Assembly (NCBI GenBank): GCA_964391185.1
Contig: CAYMIX010000002.1
Location: 90,968 to 154,967 of the forward strand
Source: an uncultured Candidatus Peribacteria bacterium
GTDB taxonomy: Bacteria; Patescibacteriota; Gracilibacteria; Peribacterales; Peribacteraceae
DNA length: 64,000 nt
Direction: 5' to 3'
The position numbers and the translations under genes are program-made. Below, one piece after another: positions 24,520-31,353 of this stretch. Position 1 is the stretch's first letter; each line of letters opens with the position of its first letter. The notes under the pieces were generated by a model, which was given only the letters and a program-made list of their open reading frames with translations, made no database searches and was not told the origin of the DNA.

Positions 24520-24891
24520 ATGCAATTGCTTTATTGCCTGCCAGAGGAACGCGAAGAGTATCCGGAAATGGAGACTAACTGGAAGGCGTACCTGCGCGGA
24601 CCACATTGGAACCTCGCCAAGTTCTGCGTCATCCAGGGACCTCAGGAAGAACTGGGCTTGATCTTTTCGACAAGCAACGAGCACGCCTCCATGGCTTCGC
24701 TCCTGCTGAAGAGCCTGGACCTTGATCGATCAGCCTTTCTCTATGCTGGGACGATGCTCCCAAGCAAGAGGCAGTTCGCATTTGGTTCCATCACCTGCTG
24801 CGAGCAATTTGGCAAAGATGAGCCTGCGGATCCCGATACGGCAAAGCAGAAGCTGCTCGACGCGCTGAAGCATGACAAGATCATCAACTGA
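24520..24891 (+). CDS. hypothetical 123-aa protein (~57% GC islet)
   Basis: Strong SD GAAGGAG 7 nt upstream and a strong terminator downstream. Confidence 0.55.
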   Translation: MQLLYCLPEEREEYPEMETNWKAYLRGPHWNLAKFCVIQGPQEELGLIFSTSNEHASMASLLLKSLDLDRSAFLYAGTMLPSKRQFAFGSITCCEQFGKDEPADPDTAKQKLLDALKHDKIIN

Positions 24892-24904
24892 ATAACATAC
24901 GAAT

Positions 24905-24940
24905 CCCCATCCGGCCATCCGGCTGGGGTTTCTTTTTTAT
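24905..24940 (+). terminator. intrinsic terminator
   Basis: CCCCATCCGG-ccat-CCGGCTGGGG followed by TTTCTTTTTTATTTCTTTTTTT. Confidence 0.8.
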
Positions 24941-25722
24941 TTCTTTTTTTGCGACGAAGAACTCATCGCCCACAACACTTCAAACCACGCTTTAAACGCA
25001 TCAGCCAAGTACGCATTTTCGATACGCACAATGGTCGATTCATCGTCATAGGCGAAGAGCGCAATCACATCACCGAAGATCACCGTATCAGTCTTGAACT
25101 GAATGTTCTTTGGAATGATGCGAACTTCGTAATCTTCATGCTGCGGGACATCACGGATGTACTCACGAGCCATGGGATTATCAACCATGAGATCCCGTCC
25201 ACGGAGATTAATGTCTTGACCAAAAATGCGCGCAACAATGTTTCCATCGAAGGTGTTATACATTGATTCCGCATTGAGCATCCCCACGAAATCATGCACG
25301 AGGATTTCCTTATAGATTTGGCGCATTCCTTCCAAGCCTTGCAGCATGGTGACCCGAGGTTTCCCAGGCAATGGCGACGTGAGGCCTGAGAGCATCGGTA
25401 ACACACCTTGAATAAGCGGTTCCAAGGACTTCAATTCACGCTCGCGGTCCTGCACGAATGTGAGCAGCCGCTCAGGCGGTTCTGCGACGAAGTGAATCAC
25501 CGCTCCCCGCTCGATTTCGGAGACTAATCCTTTCTCTCCCAAGCTACGCAGTATCAGATACGTATGGCTGCGGGATTGCTTGGCTGCCTTTGCCACCTGT
25601 GTGGCACGGGCCATTTTGAGCGGCAATACAGCCAGGTAAATCTCGATCTCTTTATCATCTAAGCCAATACGTCGCAGAAGAGGACGAATGGAGTCTGAAG
25701 CGGCGGAAGAAGTGCGTGGCAT
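24937..25722 (-). CDS. TrmB-family transcriptional regulator
   Basis: IGLDDKEIEIYLAVLPLKMARATQVAKAAKQSRSHTYLILRSLGEKGLVSEIERG winged-HTH plus a C-terminal effector-like domain. Confidence 0.75.
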   Translation of the reverse strand: MPRTSSAASDSIRPLLRRIGLDDKEIEIYLAVLPLKMARATQVAKAAKQSRSHTYLILRSLGEKGLVSEIERGAVIHFVAEPPERLLTFVQDRERELKSLEPLIQGVLPMLSGLTSPLPGKPRVTMLQGLEGMRQIYKEILVHDFVGMLNAESMYNTFDGNIVARIFGQDINLRGRDLMVDNPMAREYIRDVPQHEDYEVRIIPKNIQFKTDTVIFGDVIALFAYDDESTIVRIENAYLADAFKAWFEVLWAMSSSSQKKK

Positions 25723-25726
25723 ATGT

Positions 25727-25744
25727 TGTCTATAATTATAGACA
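25727..25744. promoter_or_regulatory. operator candidate 1: perfect 18-bp palindrome
   Basis: TGTCTATAATTATAGACA (GTCTA-N6-TAGAC core). Contains TATAAT on both strands, 5 nt from the regulator ATG. Confidence 0.5.
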
Positions 25745-25794
25745 TTACGACTTTATAAGTAAAGAAAGGGCTTATATTAGATGTTATTTGTTGG

Positions 25795-25810
25795 TCTAGT
25801 TTAATAGACA
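25795..25810. promoter_or_regulatory. operator candidate 2: GTCTA-N6-TAGAC
   Basis: GTCTAGTTTAATAGAC. Overlaps the -35 (TAGACA) of promoter TAGACA-N17-CATAAT (25805-25833). Confidence 0.45.
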
Positions 25811-25899
25811 AAATACATATTCGATGTCATAATGGCATTGCACAGTCAATCAACGTGAGAGACGTGCACTAGTCATTCACTTCAAGAAGGAATAACGCA

Positions 25900-26001
25900 A
25901 TGAAACACGACGAGATTGGGCTGATGCTTCTGGTGACCGTTATCGGATTCGGAATTATCGTGATTGGAATCATCGTGGCCCACACGATCCGCATGTGGTG
26001 A
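25900..26001 (+). CDS. candidate 33-aa single-pass membrane micropeptide
   Basis: Own translation: MKHDEIGLMLLVTVIGFGIIVIGIIVAHTIRMW. AAGGA SD upstream. Promoter and terminator flank it. Confidence 0.45.
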   Translation: MKHDEIGLMLLVTVIGFGIIVIGIIVAHTIRMW

Positions 26002-26037
26002 ATGATCCGCTCAAGCCCTCGCGGCCTGAGCACCCCG

Positions 26038-26070
26038 AACTCTAGTCGATGGACTAGGGTTTTTCTTTTG
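26038..26070 (+). terminator. intrinsic terminator
   Basis: CTAGTC-gatg-GACTAG stem extended by flanking pairs, then TTTTTCTTTTG. Confidence 0.7.
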
Positions 26071-26078
26071 TTAAAAAT

Positions 26079-26306
26079 TCACCGCACTCCCACCTTCTTT
26101 TTTAAACGTGTGATCTGGCGACCATGGGCTTTCATGATTGAAATATTTTTATCTATATTATGAAGATGAATCAGAATCTGATCGATTTTATTCTTTAGAT
26201 GATCGAATTCTTTATCCGTTCCATCAGATTCTTGTGCGAAGGTAATTTGAAATTCATCTTTTTTCATAGGACTTCCGAGGCTATGTGATGCTTTTTGCAA
26301 AAACAA
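26079..26306 (-). CDS. hypothetical small coiled-coil protein, AT-rich
   Basis: 75-aa ORF. No family recognised. Confidence 0.3.
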   Translation of the reverse strand: MFLQKASHSLGSPMKKDEFQITFAQESDGTDKEFDHLKNKIDQILIHLHNIDKNISIMKAHGRQITRLKKKVGVR

Positions 26307-26358
26307 GACCTAGCGCTTTAAAGCACTAAAGCATCAGCCGTATTTCCGTAGACACTCC

Positions 26359-26392
26359 CTATTATTCCAGTACTCTATTATTCCAGTATTCT
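26359..26392 (+). repeat. 16-bp tandem direct repeat (2.2 copies) upstream of prfB
   Basis: CTATTATTCCAGTACT CTATTATTCCAGTATT CTATTTCC. Confidence 0.8.
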
Positions 26393-26407
26393 ATTTCCCC
26401 CTTTCCG

Positions 26408-27497
26408 ATGGACGAACTTCTTCAGAAGCTTCAGGAATTGCAATCGGCAGTGAACATGGGAAAGGACTCTCTTTGAGGCACGACAAGTTCCTCAGCAGAT
26501 AGCCACGTTGGAAACCAAGGCAGCCGCGCCGACTATTTGGGATGACCAAAAAGCTGCGAATGAATTATTCGCACAGCTTCGTGGACTCAAGAAGCAATGG
26601 GAACCGGTGATAGAACTCAAGAGTGATGTTGATAGTTTGGTCGAGATGATTCCGATGGCATCAGCAGATGACCTCGCGGGAATGCAAACTGATTACGAAG
26701 CAATGCTCAAGCGTTGGCAGGTACTAGAACCAATGTTGTACCTCAGCGCAGAGTTCGATCACAACAACGCATACGTCACCATCAGCGGAGGAGCTGGAGG
26801 AACAGAAGCTCAAGACTGGGCCGGGTTCTTGCTGCGCATGTATTTACGCTACTGCGAACGCATGGAATGGAAGACGACGCTCCTCGATAAAACAGACGGA
26901 CAAGAAGCGGGCATCAAGACTGCAACGTTCCTCGTGGAAGGAGATCCTGCCTACGGATATCTGAAATGCGAAAAGGGTACACACCGCTTGGTACGACTCT
27001 CCCCTTTCAATGCAAAAAGTCTGCGCCAGACAAGCTTCGCGCTTGTGGAAGTGCTGCCGGAAATAAAGAACACCGATGAAATCAAAATCGAAGCGAAAGA
27101 TATCCGTGTCGATACGTATCGCTCGGGAGGCGCGGGAGGACAACACGTGAACAAGACTGACTCTGCGATTCGCATCACGCACTTACCTACAAATATTGTT
27201 GTCGCATGTCAGACAGAGCGAAGCCAGATCCAAAACCGTGAGCGCGCGTTCAACATGCTCTACGCAAAGCTCCTCGAAAAAAAGCGCCAGGAAGAGCTCG
27301 ATCAAAAACATGAACTGAAAGGCGCATCACAATCCGCGGACTTCGGTCAGCAGATTCGTTCGTACGTATTGCATCCGTATCAGATGGTGAAAGACCTCCG
27401 CACGGATTATGAAACATCGGATACACAGGGTGTATTAGACGGGGACATTCAAAGCTTTATAGATGCAGAACTAAAACTTCTCGCCCGCGAGGGATAA
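26408..27497 (+). CDS. prfB: peptide chain release factor 2, with programmed +1 frameshift at 26471-26476
   Basis: Frame 0 reads MDELLQKLQELQSAVNMGKDSL then TGA at 26474. The +1 frame continues EARQVPQQIATLETKAAAPTIWDD..SGGAGGQHVNKTDSAIRITH. Confidence 0.92.
26462..26478 (+). other. RF2 recoding site (internal SD-like AAGGA, CTT TGA G slippery stop)
   Basis: AAGGACTCTCTTTGAGG. Classic CUU-UGA shift site. Confidence 0.85.
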
Positions 27498-27500
27498 CCA

Positions 27501-28265
27501 TCATTTAGTGCGTGGATTGAGTGGTACAAATATACTTGTGCGCTTTTTGTATTCCGCAAAGCCAGGCTTGGTTGCCATGCGCGCTTCTGCAAGGGGCACG
27601 CCTGATACAAACAAAATAAGAAGTGTGATTGATATCGGTCCAGCAAAACTAAGCCATGCACTTGCAGCCGCAAAAGCAATGATTCCAATACCCCACCATT
27701 GCACCACCTCGCCGAAATAATTTGGATGGCGTGAATAACGCCACAAACCGTTCATCATCAGCTTCCCTTTGCTCTTTGCATCACGAACAAACGCAGAAAG
27801 TTGGCGATCTGCCATCGTCTCAACAATAAAACCAATAATCCATACAGCCGTACCTACCATGGCCACCGGGCCTATGCGCGTATCAGAGGAGCGCGATGCG
27901 ATGAGTAGTGGACTTATTACAATAAACAACAGAACAGACTGAAGCACGTAGACCTGTAAAAAGCTCCGCACGATAAACCATGTGCCCCATTGTTTCCTCC
28001 ATGTTGCATAGCGATGATCTTCATCTGTACGAGCAATCCTACGACCAATGTGCCATGACAAACGCACGCCCCACACAATGATAAGTGTTGCGATCGTGCG
28101 TGCTGTGACACTTTCAGCAGCATACGATGCAAACAAGAATGCTGAGATACACACCGCATTAAAACCCCAGGCCATATCAGCCACATCATTTCTTTTGAGT
28201 ATGAGGGAAATGATAAACCACGCGCATGTGAGACTCGCCAAGAGAAGTGCTACCTGCAAGATCAT
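27501..28265 (-). CDS. DUF1295 / steroid 5-alpha-reductase-like membrane protein
   Basis: LWRYSRHPNYFGEVVQWWG motif. ATG 28265 lies 2 nt after the upstream stop. Confidence 0.7.
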   Translation of the reverse strand: MILQVALLLASLTCAWFIISLILKRNDVADMAWGFNAVCISAFLFASYAAESVTARTIATLIIVWGVRLSWHIGRRIARTDEDHRYATWRKQWGTWFIVRSFLQVYVLQSVLLFIVISPLLIASRSSDTRIGPVAMVGTAVWIIGFIVETMADRQLSAFVRDAKSKGKLMMNGLWRYSRHPNYFGEVVQWWGIGIIAFAAASAWLSFAGPISITLLILFVSGVPLAEARMATKPGFAEYKKRTSIFVPLNPRTK

Positions 28266-28267
28266 GA

Positions 28268-28666
28268 TCAACGTGCGAAGAAGCGAACGATCATCACGGC
28301 AATCACTGAAACTGCCCCCGAAAGAAATGCGCCCCATGCAAGATCCACAACAGTGACAACCAATGGCCAGTTTTTAACCACAGCCTGATTCGTGAGGTCA
28401 TACGTAGCGTAGGCCACAAGACCGAGGAATGCGCCATTCAAGAAAATACGAAGCACGGAATCAGATAGATGTGGAGTTACCACAAAGTATGAAAGCGCCC
28501 CTACATACAATGCATAAAAAAGAATGGCCGCCCACCACTGAGGGCTCTCAGACATCAGAAAACCGATGTGTGTTTTGTAGAAATTTCTCGCCACTAACCC
28601 GAGCCACAAACCGTCGAGTATTAGGAATGAAACGAGGGTCGCGAAGTATGTGATGATTATGTGCAT
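28268..28666 (-). CDS. DUF2177-like membrane protein
   Basis: MHIIITYFATLVSFLILDGLWLGLVARNFY. Confidence 0.6.
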   Translation of the reverse strand: MHIIITYFATLVSFLILDGLWLGLVARNFYKTHIGFLMSESPQWWAAILFYALYVGALSYFVVTPHLSDSVLRIFLNGAFLGLVAYATYDLTNQAVVKNWPLVVTVVDLAWGAFLSGAVSVIAVMIVRFFAR

Positions 28667-29400
28667 ATGAGGGAACTTACCACTTCCCACTTATCACTCA
28701 AAAGTTCTTCATAATATTTCCCCTTCTTCCAATAAATTTTCCGTGCCTTCGCAGACTTTTTTGATCGAATGATGCGACAACGATCCCCTTCCACCTGAAG
28801 CGCTGCACAATCATCGAGTGCAATCGCAACCCCACGAACCTTCTTCATCATATTCTTGAGGCTCTTCGGACGATCTTTCTCGGTGTTGTAGTGAGGACAG
28901 TGAAGCGCATCAATCAGTCCTAACGTCTTCACCCGAATATAATCCGCTGAGGGATTACTGAACTTGAGCGAATCAGAATTTCCTTCGCGGAACCAACAGA
29001 TGGACCCGGCGGATAACCCGCAACAAACAGTTCCCTTCTTTGCAACTGCGATCAGAAGTTTATCAACTCCCAATTTTCTCCACAGTTTCATCATCCGCAT
29101 GGTGTTTCCTCCTCCAACATAGATGATGTCTGCACGTTTAATGCGCGCCGCGATTTCTTTGGATGACGGCCGATCACGATATAAGAGAAGTGTTTCGACG
29201 GTGCATCCCAAACGATCTCCATATTGTTTGATAAATGCTTCGGTATACGGAATAGAATCTTCACTCGCAGTCGGAATAAACAACACTCGTGGATGTTTCT
29301 TCTTCGCCATCTTCACAATTTCCTGGTCAATCAATGTGGTTGCAGGTTTGTTCTTGGGACGATGAATACTTCCTCCTCCGATGGCGATGACGTGGAGCAT
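28657..29400 (-). CDS. peptidase S51 (dipeptidase E / cyanophycinase-like)
   Basis: VIAIGGGSI, IYVGGGNTMRMM, GLSAGSICWF. ATG 29400 preceded by TACAAT-N6. Confidence 0.75.
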   Translation of the reverse strand: MLHVIAIGGGSIHRPKNKPATTLIDQEIVKMAKKKHPRVLFIPTASEDSIPYTEAFIKQYGDRLGCTVETLLLYRDRPSSKEIAARIKRADIIYVGGGNTMRMMKLWRKLGVDKLLIAVAKKGTVCCGLSAGSICWFREGNSDSLKFSNPSADYIRVKTLGLIDALHCPHYNTEKDRPKSLKNMMKKVRGVAIALDDCAALQVEGDRCRIIRSKKSAKARKIYWKKGKYYEELLSDKWEVVSSLICT

Positions 29401-29433
29401 GGCGAAATTGTACACTTCTTATGCACTGAACTC

Positions 29434-30363
29434 TTATTGATTCCTTGGATCAGTCGCGAGTTGCCCAATTCCATGATGCCAATGAATAAAACCATTCGCT
29501 CCACCGCAATTTTGATAAATCCAGACAACGTGTTCGGGCTTAGTGCATACGAGTAATTTTTGATGTCCAACTGGACCAAAGGCACAAATAAGAACTCTTC
29601 CATTGGGAACCGTGCTCAGCACATTATCGACCGTATCGAAAGTATCTTTTATAGGTAAGGGCAGCAAGAACATCGCGGCTGTTGCGTTTTTTTCATTTAC
29701 ACCAATTTCCTGCGGACGCTCTGTAACTCTTGGAACATCTTTACGATCACGATTTAAATCAAAAATAGTGACACTTCCAAGGCCTCTAGATCCACTGACT
29801 GTTGGTACATATGGCGAGGCAGCAGAAGCGCCTGAAGCAGTTGCTACTGCCGTGACAGTTGGCCATGTCTCATTACTTACTTGAATACTCGCAGGGGGAA
29901 TACCAATGTCCTCCGGATTTTTACCAGCTGTTTTGAGCAAACCCAATATCTGCAGTAATTGTGTTCGAAATGTGTAGGCCCTCGGATCAAATACAGACAT
30001 TTGCAACCAAAGCTCTTGTGCTTGTATTAATGCAAGAGAGCTTGATGAATCTTCGATATTGCGTCCATAAATTTCTTTAAAAGCCGTACATACTTTTGCC
30101 CAATTTTCCGATGTTAGTGGACAATCAAGAAAGGCCATCCTCACACCTTCTGGACATGAAATGCTATAAGCAAATCGTATGGCATTAGGAAAGGGACTGC
30201 CTATTTGCAATGTAACTACTTCATCCTCACCAACAACGTTTGCAAAATTCTGAAGCGTCATTCCAGCATCTGTTTGTCTGCTAGCATCTCCCGATTTCAA
30301 AATATCGAATTTGAGTCGCGTAGCATCCAACTGCAGCTGAGATAATTTATCTAAAAACTTCAT
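29434..30363 (-). CDS. hypothetical protein (309 aa), AT-rich orphan next to tRNA-Ser
   Basis: The track ORF 29434..30825 reads through the tRNA. The first ATG after the tRNA is 30363 (MKFLDKLSQ). Confidence 0.5.
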   Translation of the reverse strand: MKFLDKLSQLQLDATRLKFDILKSGDASRQTDAGMTLQNFANVVGEDEVVTLQIGSPFPNAIRFAYSISCPEGVRMAFLDCPLTSENWAKVCTAFKEIYGRNIEDSSSSLALIQAQELWLQMSVFDPRAYTFRTQLLQILGLLKTAGKNPEDIGIPPASIQVSNETWPTVTAVATASGASAASPYVPTVSGSRGLGSVTIFDLNRDRKDVPRVTERPQEIGVNEKNATAAMFLLPLPIKDTFDTVDNVLSTVPNGRVLICAFGPVGHQKLLVCTKPEHVVWIYQNCGGANGFIHWHHGIGQLATDPRNQ

Positions 30364-30500
30364 ATTCTTCTCTCTGCCTTCGTGCCTCAGGTTGAACTGA
30401 CCTGTCGCAATTTCGTTTTGCCCCTCATTACCCCCAGCCGCAGCAAGATTACTGACCATAATAATATAATTATTGCACAAATATTTAGTATGTAAAGCAA

Positions 30501-30592
30501 TGGCGGAGAGAGAGGGATTCGAACCCTCGAGACCCTTTTGGGGCCTACGCGATTTCGAGTCGCGCGCCTTCGACCAACTCGGCCATCTCTCC
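30501..30592 (-). tRNA. tRNA-Ser (anticodon CGA), CCA encoded
   Basis: Folded by hand: acceptor GGAGAGA/TCTCTCC, anticodon stem CGCGA/TCGCG with loop CUCGAAA, long variable arm, T-arm GAGGG-TTCGAAT-CCCTC. Confidence 0.95.
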
Positions 30593-30761
30593 AGTTCCGC
30601 TGCAACGCACAATCCTTCCACCCTGTGCGCTGAGCGGAGGCCATTGTGAAGCCATGATGTGAGCTTTGGCAAGCATGTGTCATAAGGCGATCCGACGGCA
30701 AATAGAGACCTCGTCAATTGCTTATTCACTCGACAATTCAACGTGAATTTGCGATTGAGGC

Positions 30762-30791
30762 TTGCAAAAGGGTTTGAAAGGCCCCTAGAAT
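30762..30791 (+). promoter_or_regulatory. sigma70-like promoter TTGCAA-N18-TAGAAT
   Basis: Read directly, 33 nt upstream of ATG 30824. Confidence 0.45.
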
Positions 30792-30823
30792 CCCTATCAC
30801 ATTTATTCATTACCCCCAGATCC

Positions 30824-31183
30824 ATGAGTTACGTAGTTGCCTCCAAGGTAAAAGAACTCGTCAATGGTAAGGGCATGATGGCATCCGGTGACCTCGCAGA
30901 ACACCTCAGCAAGCACGTTGAGATGTGGCTCGGCCAGGGAATCAAGGCTGCTCAGGCCAATGACCGTAAGACAGTTCGCGGCGCTGATTTGCTCGTCTTC
31001 GCTCCAGGCAAGATGGCACTTACAGTTGCTTCCAAGGTTAAGGAATTCGTCAATGGCAAGAACATGATGTCTGCTGGCGACCTCGCCGAGCACGTCAGTG
31101 GTCTTGCTGAATGGCTTCTCGAAACGGCAGTAAAGCGCGCAGGTGCTAACGGCCGCAAGACAGTCCGCGGAGAAGATCTATAA
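30824..31183 (+). CDS. tandem (doublet) histone-fold protein, DUF1931-like
   Basis: Two 63-aa repeats: VASKVKELVNGKGMMASGDLAEHLSKHVEMWLGQGIKAAQANDRKTVRGADL and VASKVKEFVNGKNMMSAGDLAEHVSGLAEWLLETAVKRAGANGRKTVRGEDL. The C-terminal A(N/H)GRKT(V/I)(R/K)xED(L/I) matches the archaeal histone L2/alpha3 signature. Confidence 0.6.
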   Translation: MSYVVASKVKELVNGKGMMASGDLAEHLSKHVEMWLGQGIKAAQANDRKTVRGADLLVFAPGKMALTVASKVKEFVNGKNMMSAGDLAEHVSGLAEWLLETAVKRAGANGRKTVRGEDL

Positions 31184-31208
31184 TAGATCTCTTCATTAAA
31201 GCTAGAAA

Positions 31209-31232
31209 TAAAGCCCCGTAAGGGGCTTTTTT
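31209..31232 (+). terminator. intrinsic terminator
   Basis: AAGCCCC-GTAA-GGGGCTT followed by TTTT. Confidence 0.85.
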
Positions 31233-31263
31233 CGTGGAGCAAAGCCGCTAAACTATGCCAACA

Positions 31264-31353
31264 ATGACGATCGCTGTTGTAGGCACCCGTCTTCGTTCAC
31301 CTCGGGCGAACTACGCCGGGCAGGCCGGCTACTTCCCCTCTTCTACTAAATGA
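31264..31353 (+). other. 29-codon uORF starting with a synonymous copy of the first 8 ugd codons; stop overlaps the ugd ATG (ATGA)
   Basis: ATGACGATCGCTGTTGTAGGCACC versus ugd ATGACTATAGCCGTAGTTGGTACC. Both encode MTIAVVGT. The remainder is a family E repeat. Confidence 0.35.

Noticed and set aside
30593-30740. Possible small ncRNA (SRP/4.5S-like) immediately upstream of tRNA-Ser, because of the long hairpin CCGCT..GCGCACA-GGGTGGAAGGAT-TGTGCGT..AGCGG
   Set aside because: The loop lacks the conserved SRP domain IV pattern (GGAA tetraloop closed by a helix, AGCA / GGAAGCAGCC asymmetric-loop motifs). I could not derive a convincing promoter. Kept only as a structured pre-tRNA leader or repeat remnant. 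A covariance-model scan would settle it.
29434-30825. 463-aa ORF in the track
   Set aside because: Its upstream third reads straight through tRNA-Ser (30501-30592) and a repeat-rich spacer. Trimmed to ATG 30363.
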